From Treponema sp. (lineage in GTDB: Bacteria > Spirochaetota > Spirochaetia > Treponematales > Breznakiellaceae), in contig JAISYA010000055.1 of the NCBI GenBank assembly GCA_031270205.1, positions 1 through 46,767 of the forward strand: a DNA stretch of 46,767 bases, given 5' to 3'. This document shows positions 25,857-33,459 of the stretch, piece after piece. Position 1 is the first letter of the stretch. Each line of letters starts with the position of its first letter. The translations under genes were made by a program, and so were the position numbers. The notes under the pieces are model-generated. The model was not told where the DNA came from, did not search any database, and worked only from the letters and a program-made list of their open reading frames with translations.

Positions 25857-25963
25857 GGCAGCCTGTTGCGCTTGCTGCTAAAGCAGCCTGGCGGTTTGCA
25901 GGATAAAAAATCGCCTGAAGGCGATTTTTGGATTATAATGCGCGAAGCGCAGCAAACTGCCAG
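25857..25963 (+). repeat. Composite MITE/REP-like element (module A lacking its hairpin + full module B)
   Basis: GGCAGCCTGTTGCGC-TTGCTGCTAAAGCAGC, then module B with TIRs CTGGCGGTTTGC...GCAAACTGCCAG. Confidence 0.8.
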
Positions 25964-25976
25964 ACCAATCAAGGCG

Positions 25977-27395
25977 TTACGCGCAAAGCCAATGCAAAAA
26001 AAGCGTCAGAGCGAGAATATCCGCGCAGCCGCCGGGACTGATGTTTTTCGAGATGAATTCCCTGTCCAGTTCCGCCGTGTATTCGGCCAGTTCCGCCTGA
26101 TGGGGATTTGACGCGAGAAAGGCCGCGGCGTTTTTTTGAATTTCCAAAAGGGTTTCTGGGTTGGAGCGGTGGATGATATTGGTATCGGTAACGGAGATGA
26201 GTAAACGCAGAAAGACCGCAAGCGCGGCGTCGTTCAGACCATAGCCGGCCTTGAGGTTTTGGCGCAGCAGGGGCAGGGCGTTCCGGACAGCCGGAAAACC
26301 CCGCGCGGCCTCTTCCCTGACCCCGCCGATCCCGTAACGCCTGTGAACAAGTTCCCCGTGTGAAAGTTCCCCGCCGGAAAAATCATCCGTTACGCGGCAT
26401 GTCATGGAGGCGATAAAATCGAGAATTGCTTCGGCGGCGATTTGTTCGCTGTGGCGAAAAAAAACGCCGAAAGCCGCGCTCGCAAGGCCGATGGAAAAAA
26501 TAAGGCCCCGGTGGGTGTTTGCGCCGCCCGTGGCTTCCAGCATCGCAAGTTCGGCAATTTTTCCGCCGGACCTGAGGGAATTGAACAGCGCCGCGGGGTG
26601 GGCGGGATCGGAAAGCGGCAGGGCGATCATTTTTTCCGGGGGGACTTTTGCCGCGTTAAAGCCCGCCACGGCGCAGCTGCGGAAACAGGGAATAATTGCC
26701 GCCGTCGAATCGATAAAGGAAAAAAAGTCCATGTCCCTGTGGGCGCCGTTGTTCATCCGGTCCACCAGTCCCGGCTTTGGGGTAACCGCGGCCTCGCCGA
26801 TGAGGGCTTTGAGCGCGGCAGCGGCAGTTAAATCCGCGAGACGTTCCCGCTGGAAGGCCGCCATAATGCCCGCCGCGGCGTTTCGCAGTTCTTCCGCGCT
26901 GTGCGCCCGGCTCCGCCCGCAGGCAAAAGCGCCGCCCCCACAAATAAGGCAGGACCGTCCCCGCGCTCCGAAATTATTACGCGAAATTTTTTCACCGTTC
27001 TGCCGCAGTACGTCGATATCAAAAAGCCTCCCCAAAGGATGACTGTCTTCTATCCTGACTGATATTTCCTTGAGTTTTTCAGGCGGATGCCCGGCCGCGA
27101 TAAAAGCGGCATACCCGCCGGCGGCCTCAAAGGTTTCCTCATGGACGATAGCGGCGTGTTCCGCGGCAAGGCTTAAACGGACAACCTTTAATTCTTCGCG
27201 GAAGGAACGGGCCGCCAGGGGAAAGCGCTTGTATTCGCCGGGCATGTTAAGCCCCAGGCAGAGCAGGGGGACGGCGTATTCGGCAAGCAGCTTTTTTTGC
27301 TTTTGCGCCTTTGCTTCCCGAAAGTTTAATACGTCTTCCAGGGAAACCCGCGCCGCGCCGGTGAAAAATCCGCTGTTGTCTCCGGTTTCTTTCAT
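25977..27395 (-). CDS. citXG: Fused CitX/CitG (holo-citrate lyase ACP synthase + triphosphoribosyl-dephospho-CoA synthase)
   Basis: CitX: LNMPG, HPLGRLFDIDVL, CLICG...CGRSRAH; CitG: TPKPGLVD...GAH.DM, ANTHRG, DTNIIHR, SPGGCAD. Confidence 0.92.
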   Translation of the reverse strand: MKETGDNSGFFTGAARVSLEDVLNFREAKAQKQKKLLAEYAVPLLCLGLNMPGEYKRFPLAARSFREELKVVRLSLAAEHAAIVHEETFEAAGGYAAFIAAGHPPEKLKEISVRIEDSHPLGRLFDIDVLRQNGEKISRNNFGARGRSCLICGGGAFACGRSRAHSAEELRNAAAGIMAAFQRERLADLTAAAALKALIGEAAVTPKPGLVDRMNNGAHRDMDFFSFIDSTAAIIPCFRSCAVAGFNAAKVPPEKMIALPLSDPAHPAALFNSLRSGGKIAELAMLEATGGANTHRGLIFSIGLASAAFGVFFRHSEQIAAEAILDFIASMTCRVTDDFSGGELSHGELVHRRYGIGGVREEAARGFPAVRNALPLLRQNLKAGYGLNDAALAVFLRLLISVTDTNIIHRSNPETLLEIQKNAAAFLASNPHQAELAEYTAELDREFISKNISPGGCADILALTLFLHWLCA

Positions 27396-28438
27396 CGCTT
27401 TTTATTCCCTGCCGGTAGAGGCTTTTCCAAAACTTCAGTTCCCGAACGTGTCAAATACCCAAAAGTCGCCGGGGGAACCAGTTCCCGTATTTCCGCCGTT
27501 TTGCCTTCGGCAAGCAGTTCCCGCACACGGCTCGCGCTGACCGCTTTTCCCCCGCTTGCGAGGCGCTCAATTTCAATCACCTCAATACCGTAACGCGGAA
27601 GGAATTCCCGCATCCTGCGGTTATATGCCGCCGTTAGCTGATCAAAAGGCTCCGTCCCCACAAAGCGGCATCTGATACCCATGGGTTTTGCGAAATGTTC
27701 CGCGAAGATTGCCAGGTCAAGAGTCATGTTTATATTGCAGGGCGATACGCTGTCTTTGAGAAAATAATCCGGAAAGGTCGCGGCGGAGATAAGATAGGGA
27801 CCGGTAGGATGGACCAGCGCGTTGGGAATATGGGAAGTTCCCGCCCTGACCAGCCGGTAACGGACATCAGCGGGGAAGGCGCTTTTGTTTTCAGAAACCA
27901 CAAAGATATGTAAAAGGGCGCATTGTTTGGCGGCGCTTTCGATAAGGTATTGATGACCATTGGTGAAGGGATTGCAGTTCATAATAATGGCGCCGGTTTT
28001 GCCTCCGGCTCCGTTAGCCGTCATTTTAGTGTTTCGGTTTTGCAGGGAAGCCACAAAATTGGTAATGCCGTTTTTCTCGTTTTCCATTAACATCACTTCG
28101 TCTGTTTTCGCTATTGTGTAGAAACCAAGGCTGCTGAAAAGCGGCTCGTTTTCCGGCCTGGTAAAAAGGAAAAGGTGAAAGATCCCGCCTCGGGCCGCTT
28201 CCTGAATAAGGCCGCTTACAATTCCCGCGGCAAGGCCCCTTTCCTGAAAATCTTTTGATACAGCGATACACTTGAGTACATTGCCGTCCAGCGATCCGGC
28301 CGCGGCGATCCGTTCATTTTCCACGAGGCAGATGGAAAAACCCACCCGTTCATCGTATTTCAGGCCGTTATGCGCCAGAAAGGCGCGAAGATCATCAAGG
28401 TCCTTTCCCCGAAACGGAAAACCGGTTCTGATTTCCAT
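27392..28438 (-). CDS. citC: [Citrate (pro-3S)-lyase] ligase
   Basis: N-term GNAT-like domain; MNCNPFTNGHQYLIE, YLISAATFPDYF, RFVGTEPF, VSASRVR; GAGGAGG SD. Confidence 0.95.
   Translation of the reverse strand: MEIRTGFPFRGKDLDDLRAFLAHNGLKYDERVGFSICLVENERIAAAGSLDGNVLKCIAVSKDFQERGLAAGIVSGLIQEAARGGIFHLFLFTRPENEPLFSSLGFYTIAKTDEVMLMENEKNGITNFVASLQNRNTKMTANGAGGKTGAIIMNCNPFTNGHQYLIESAAKQCALLHIFVVSENKSAFPADVRYRLVRAGTSHIPNALVHPTGPYLISAATFPDYFLKDSVSPCNINMTLDLAIFAEHFAKPMGIRCRFVGTEPFDQLTAAYNRRMREFLPRYGIEVIEIERLASGGKAVSASRVRELLAEGKTAEIRELVPPATFGYLTRSGTEVLEKPLPAGNKKR
27418..27452. repeat. About 36-bp dispersed palindrome within the citC 3' end, upstream of citXG
   Basis: GAGGCTTTTCCAAAACTTCAGTTCCCGAACGTGTC. 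Confidence 0.6.
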
Positions 28439-28448
28439 CAATGCCTCC

Positions 28449-29570
28449 TCAGCCGAAAATAAACACCAAAAAATTGATGATCTGGGGAAAAAGCGCCATG
28501 GCAATCACCGCGCGGAAAATCTGGATGATGATGACCGCCGTGTTTTCCACGCCAATATCCGCGGAACTCAGGGCAATGTCAGAAGCGCCCGCCGGGGTGG
28601 TTATCAACATTCCCTCTTTCCGGGTAAAACCGCAGGTACGGCTGAGGATTTTTCCCGTAACAAAACAGTTGATGATATACCCCGCGAGAATTGAAACGAC
28701 AGGCAGGGCAAGAAACCTGAATCCGATTACGTCGTCCATACTTATGGCGCTGCCGATATAGCATCCGCTCACGAGGAGGGCGATTTTCTTTACCCAGGGG
28801 GGAAGGTAGGCAAAATCAAACGCAAGCCGCAAAATCAGCGCCGCGACAAGGGAAAACAAAAAACTCCCCGCCGGAATGCCGCTCAAATCGCCGGCAAAAC
28901 CCGCGGCCACAGCTGCGGCCATGGTGCAGATAAAGGCTGCGGGCGACTTTACGCTTGACTTTATCCGCTTCATGCCCTGCGAAGGAGCGGCCTTTACGGC
29001 GCCGCCCCCCGCCATCGGCAATCCGGCCCGGGATTCGGCGGTTTTTTTTCGTTCTTCCGCTTTGACGCGCATGTTGTCATACGCGAAGATCATGGGGGGA
29101 AAAACGCCCACCCCCAAAATGTAGCGGGAAAGCTGGGCAAGGGCGACTTTGGGAGCGTCCGCGCCCATGGCGGCGGCGACAATGGGCGCGTCGGTAATGC
29201 CGCCGGGAATGACGCACATCAGGGCGGTCATGAGGTCTATGGGGCTTATGAAGTGAATAAGAGTCCCGATGCCGATGTTCAGCGTGAGGAAGCTAAGGAG
29301 CATGATGATCGTGGGCTTTATCACCAGGGGCAGGGATTTTATATCGCTTTTTTCCATGGAACAGCCGATCAGCGCGCCGGCGATAATCTGCACAAAAAAT
29401 CTGGTAGGCGAAGGCATATAGGCCGCGTTAAAAAAAACACTCAACAGGGCGGAGCCGAACATCGCGCCGATCCGCAGCCCGTTGGGAATTTTCAGAAAAA
29501 TGAAAACAAGGCCAAACGCCCCGCCCGCCAAAAGGGTGAGCGGGATGTTCAGCAGAATTAGCTGGGACAT
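28449..29570 (-). CDS. AbrB-family duplicated membrane protein (putative transporter)
   Basis: Two homologous hydrophobic halves with PGGI/PAGA motifs and Q..R. Confidence 0.8.
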   Translation of the reverse strand: MSQLILLNIPLTLLAGGAFGLVFIFLKIPNGLRIGAMFGSALLSVFFNAAYMPSPTRFFVQIIAGALIGCSMEKSDIKSLPLVIKPTIIMLLSFLTLNIGIGTLIHFISPIDLMTALMCVIPGGITDAPIVAAAMGADAPKVALAQLSRYILGVGVFPPMIFAYDNMRVKAEERKKTAESRAGLPMAGGGAVKAAPSQGMKRIKSSVKSPAAFICTMAAAVAAGFAGDLSGIPAGSFLFSLVAALILRLAFDFAYLPPWVKKIALLVSGCYIGSAISMDDVIGFRFLALPVVSILAGYIINCFVTGKILSRTCGFTRKEGMLITTPAGASDIALSSADIGVENTAVIIIQIFRAVIAMALFPQIINFLVFIFG

Positions 29571-29582
29571 GTGCGCGTCAAG

Positions 29583-31871
29583 CTAATCTTGTTCGGAAGA
29601 GCGGGCGTAATAGTTGATAAGGCAGCCGTCTATCAGTATCTGCCGCTCGGTATCGGTAAGTTCGCCTAACGCGGCGCTTGTTTCGCTGATGCCGCCGCCA
29701 ATCACAAAGATACGAATGTTTTCCGTTTTTTCCTCCACCGCTTTTTTAATGTTCGGGAAAAACACGTAATCGCCCGGCTCAAAAGCTTTTTCATCCCTGA
29801 CCAGGAAAGGGAGTATTCCCCAGTTGATCAGGTTCGAGCGGTAACGCCTGGTTGCGTATTCCAGGGCGAGGTTCGCCGAAGCGCCGAGTACCCGCTGGCA
29901 GGACGCCGCCTGCTCCCGCGCGGAACCGTCGCCGGGCTTGCGGGCAAAAATGGCGCTGCCTATGCCCAGGGCCGAAAGTTCCAGGGCGGCGAATTCCGAA
30001 ATGCCCCGTATTTTTTTCAGCGCCGCGTCAATCCCGGCCGCCTCGATTCCTTTGCGGCGTTCTTCCTCAAAGCCCTGCACTTCCTTTGCCCGTTTCACAT
30101 AGCCGGGATCTTTTCGGCTTAACGTAAACTCGGCAAGCCGCAGGGGGTTTGAGCGGTATGACGCGGTTTCCCCTGAGGGAATAAGCTCGTCGGTAGTGGT
30201 TACCGGATCGGAGATATAGCTCACGATTTTGACGAGCAGATTATCCGGCAGGGCGGGCATCCTGGGCCAGTCCTTGATATTGGGGCCGAAAACCAGTTCG
30301 GTTTCGCCCAATGGATTGCCGGTTCCGTCGTACACCCGCTTGTCGTACACGCCCCGGTCAAAAAAGAATTTGTATTTGCCGCAGGGCGCGTCAATTTCGG
30401 TGGCGGCGGTTATCCTGCCGCCGTTAAGAGCGGTCGCGGCGATAGAACGGGCGTCCATCAAAGCCACAGACGCGATCTGCCCCTCGCCGGGCCTTGAGCC
30501 TTCCCGGTTGGGGAAATTGCGGGTAATGTGGCGCAGCGAAAGCTCACCGTTGGCCGGAGTATCCCCCGCGCCGAAACAGGGACCGCAGAAGGCTTCCCGA
30601 ATCAGCGCGCCGGCGCTCATAAGACGCTCCGCCGCGCCGTTCCGCACCAGTTCCAGCCAGGTGGGCTGGCTTTCGGGGTACACGCTTAAGGTAAAGTTGC
30701 CGTTGCCGATAGATCCCCCTTTGAGGATATCCGCCGCGGCCATGATGTTTTCGAATATGCCGCCGGAGCAGCCCGCAATTACCGCCTGCTCCGCCCAGAC
30801 CCCGCCGCCGCGGTACTTTTCCGCAAGGCCGAGTTTAAGCCCCGGCGCGCCCAGTGTCTTGAGGCCGTCTTCCTCAACCTTCGCCAAAATGTCCCCGGCG
30901 TTTTGCTGCAGCTCTTTAATGGTAAATACATTACTCGGATGAAACGGCAGGGCGATACAAGGCTCGATCTTTGAGAGGTCCACATATACAAGGCCGTCGT
31001 AATAGGCAGTTTCGGCGGGTTTAAGTTCCCGGTAATCAGCGGGACGCCCGCGGGCCTCAAGATAATCCTTTACTGCGGCGTCGGTCTGCCAGATCGAGGT
31101 CCAGCAGGTGGTTTCGGTAGTCATCACGTCAATGCCGTTACGGAAATCCACGGACAGTTTTGCCACGCCGTCGCCGACGAATTCCATCACCTTGTTTTTC
31201 ACATAACCGTTTTTGAACACCGCGGCGATTATCGCCAGCGCCACATCGTGGGGGCCGACGCCTTTCGCGACTTCCCCGCTTAAATAAACCGCCACTATCT
31301 GCGGATAAGCGATGTCGTAAGTTCTGCCCACCAGCTGCTTGGCAAGCTCGCCGCCGCCCTCGCCAACGGCCATGGTTCCCAGCGCCCCGTAGCGGGTGTG
31401 GCTGTCCGAGCCGAGGATCATCTTGCCGCAGCCGGCCATCATTTCGCGGTTGTAGGTGTGGATTACCGCCAACTGGGACGGCACGTACACGCCGCCGTAC
31501 TTTTTTGCCGCGGACAGGGCGAATACGTGGTCGTCCTGATTGATCGTCCCTCCTACGGCGCAGAGACTGTTGTGGCAGTTGGTTAGCACGTAGGGCATGG
31601 GGAAGCGCTTCATGCCGCTGGCCCTGGCGGTCTGCACTATGCCCACATAGGTGATGTCATGGGAAGTGAGCGAATCGAATGTAAGCCGCAGGTTCCGTTC
31701 GTCCCCGCTGTTATGGCTCGATAAAATCCCGTGGGCAATGGCGCCCTTCCGGGCATCTTCTTTGGAAACGGATACGCCCAGGCGTCCCAGTTTGGCCCCC
31801 GCCCCGGCGTCGTCTTTTATAATTTCAGAACCCCGGACAAGATAGGCTCCTGAATCGTACAGTTCAATCAT
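29583..31871 (-). CDS. Aconitase-family [4Fe-4S] hydratase (YbhJ-like)
   Basis: SHDITY, TNCHNSLCAVGG, GSDSHTRYG, IAGCSGG, FCGPCFG, TRNFPNREG, GSAREQA; AGGAGG SD. Confidence 0.92.
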   Translation of the reverse strand: MIELYDSGAYLVRGSEIIKDDAGAGAKLGRLGVSVSKEDARKGAIAHGILSSHNSGDERNLRLTFDSLTSHDITYVGIVQTARASGMKRFPMPYVLTNCHNSLCAVGGTINQDDHVFALSAAKKYGGVYVPSQLAVIHTYNREMMAGCGKMILGSDSHTRYGALGTMAVGEGGGELAKQLVGRTYDIAYPQIVAVYLSGEVAKGVGPHDVALAIIAAVFKNGYVKNKVMEFVGDGVAKLSVDFRNGIDVMTTETTCWTSIWQTDAAVKDYLEARGRPADYRELKPAETAYYDGLVYVDLSKIEPCIALPFHPSNVFTIKELQQNAGDILAKVEEDGLKTLGAPGLKLGLAEKYRGGGVWAEQAVIAGCSGGIFENIMAAADILKGGSIGNGNFTLSVYPESQPTWLELVRNGAAERLMSAGALIREAFCGPCFGAGDTPANGELSLRHITRNFPNREGSRPGEGQIASVALMDARSIAATALNGGRITAATEIDAPCGKYKFFFDRGVYDKRVYDGTGNPLGETELVFGPNIKDWPRMPALPDNLLVKIVSYISDPVTTTDELIPSGETASYRSNPLRLAEFTLSRKDPGYVKRAKEVQGFEEERRKGIEAAGIDAALKKIRGISEFAALELSALGIGSAIFARKPGDGSAREQAASCQRVLGASANLALEYATRRYRSNLINWGILPFLVRDEKAFEPGDYVFFPNIKKAVEEKTENIRIFVIGGGISETSAALGELTDTERQILIDGCLINYYARSSEQD

Positions 31872-32325
31872 TTAATTCCTCCTGCGTTGATTCAAATATA
31901 CCAAAAGAAAGAAAAAAAATCACCTGTTACGGGGAAATCCCCAGGGACAAGCGCATAGAAATGGAAAAGCGGAAAAACCACGGACCATTACCAAAGGTTC
32001 CCTGGACCGCACGGACAACCCAATTCCGCAAGTTGTTCAAAAAACGAACAACATTTCCCGCTTTTTTCATGTTTTCCCGCCGCAATTCCCCTTTTTACCG
32101 TGTCCTTGCCCCAATTTGCGTACCCTAAACCCGTTCCAGCCGGATTTTACGAATAAAAAACCGGAATTCCCTCCTTAATTTTCCTTCTTTTCCTCCTGTT
32201 CTTCGCGGGTTTTTCGAATTTCCCTTTGTAAAAGAATAAAGCGCTCCCCGCACGCTCTCCGGCGACGGGTGAGCGTACCACTCTTATGGGAGCCGCGATT
32301 TTTTGTGTTTTCTATAACATTATTG

Positions 32326-32354
32326 TTGACAAAAAAAAAAAAACAATCTATGTT
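32326..32354 (+). promoter_or_regulatory. Sigma70 promoter with A13 homopolymer in the spacer
   Basis: TTGAC-A13-CAATC-TATGTT, i.e. TTGACA-N17-TATGTT. Confidence 0.7.
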
Positions 32355-32360
32355 GTTTGT

Positions 32361-32502
32361 AGTCGGTGATCAACCGAAGGGCGATTGCCGAAAGCCGCCG
32401 CGTCGCGGTGGGAATTGGGGTACAAGGGGGAACCCGTAACGGGTAAGGATCCTGCGGTCTGTCAAGGCCGCGCCCTGTCAGGGCGCGGGATCGTCCCCTG
32501 AG
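32361..32502 (+). ncRNA. Candidate structured 5' leader RNA of the OMP gene
   Basis: Nested stems: AGGGGG/TCCCCT enclosing ACCCG-TAA-CGGGT and GATCC/GGATC, which encloses GCGGTC-TGTCAA-GGCCGC and GCCC-TGTCA-GGGC. Confidence 0.4.
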
Positions 32503-32537
32503 TATATAATTGGAAATTTATTTTTTCGGAGGATTGT

Positions 32538-33101
32538 ATGAAAAGGTTGGTTGGCTTGTTTCTTTTGGTTGTGTGTTTTGGCGGTTCAGTCTTTGCTTTT
32601 GACATTATGAGTTATCCACCGCCGGTCTCAGAGGGAGATATCCTTATTGATGCGGGTCTTGGTATAGGAATTGGTTTTCCCGGGACTTTGAAAATTCCCC
32701 CACTCTTTGTTCAGGCGGAATATGCCCTTCCAAAGGTTCCCCTTTCGGTTGGCGGTGGGGTTACCTTTTGGCAGAATGGATACAGTATCGGAGCTGGTAG
32801 TTATAGTGTAGATTATACATTTAACTATCTGGCAATTTTAACACGGGCTAACTGGCATTGGGGCTTCGACATCAGTTGGCTGGATTTCTATACCGGTTTA
32901 TCCCTTGGTTACAATGCGTTCTGGATGGATTATAAATTAGGTTCCGCTTATGGTTCTGGTTATAGTCCAGTAGCATATAATTATGGAGGAATTGGTTACG
33001 GTGTTCAAGTTGGGGCGCATTTTTATTTCACCAAAAACATTGGCGCGATAGTGGAAATTGGTTACCCAGTGATGCGGGTGGGACTTGCGTTTAAGCTATA
33101 A
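32538..33101 (+). CDS. Small outer-membrane beta-barrel protein (8-strand type, putative)
   Basis: Signal peptide (SVFA); Gly/aromatic alternating strands; C-term VGLAFKL; AT-rich; GGAGG SD. Confidence 0.75.
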   Translation: MKRLVGLFLLVVCFGGSVFAFDIMSYPPPVSEGDILIDAGLGIGIGFPGTLKIPPLFVQAEYALPKVPLSVGGGVTFWQNGYSIGAGSYSVDYTFNYLAILTRANWHWGFDISWLDFYTGLSLGYNAFWMDYKLGSAYGSGYSPVAYNYGGIGYGVQVGAHFYFTKNIGAIVEIGYPVMRVGLAFKL

Positions 33102-33104
33102 AGT

Positions 33105-33206
33105 AAAAAATACGGCGCACTACAGGACCGTATATGCTTTTCTGCCTTACGGCAGACTGGGCCAGTAGGCGGCTCGGGCTACGAAAAACCGTAGCTGGGC
33201 TGCGTC
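33105..33206 (+). mobile_element. Decayed or truncated attC remnant downstream of the OMP gene
   Basis: ACGGCGCACTACAGGACCGTATATGCTT...GCCAGTAGGCGGCTCGGG aligns with the left arm of attC 335-167 (ACGGCACATAACAGGCCTGTATATGCTT...GCCAGTAGGCGGCTCGGG). Confidence 0.65.
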
Positions 33207-33245
33207 CTTTGTGCGATTTTTCTCTTTAATCCCCTGGGGTTTAAT

Positions 33246-33275
33246 TCCCCGCCCTCTGCGGCGGGGATTTTTTTT
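33246..33275 (+). terminator. Rho-independent terminator
   Basis: TCCCCGCC-CTCTGC-GGCGGGGA followed by T8. Confidence 0.75.
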
Positions 33276-33459
33276 GAGCCGTGTCATATTGACACAGGAA
33301 ACACCAGGAGTTAACCATTGAGCACGTAGACTTGTACTTCGATACGCTATTCCGTCCGTGGTCCGTGGTTTTTTCCGCCGCGTTACTCCGGGTTTTGGAA
33401 CAGGCTCGCTTGAAAAAAAATGCGTAACCGGCTACAGTGAATCCAAGAGGATTGATACT

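Noticed and set aside
32380-32502. c-di-AMP (ydaO) or lysine riboswitch call
   Set aside because: Only short 5' similarities; the conserved 3' elements were not found, so it is kept as an unassigned structured leader.
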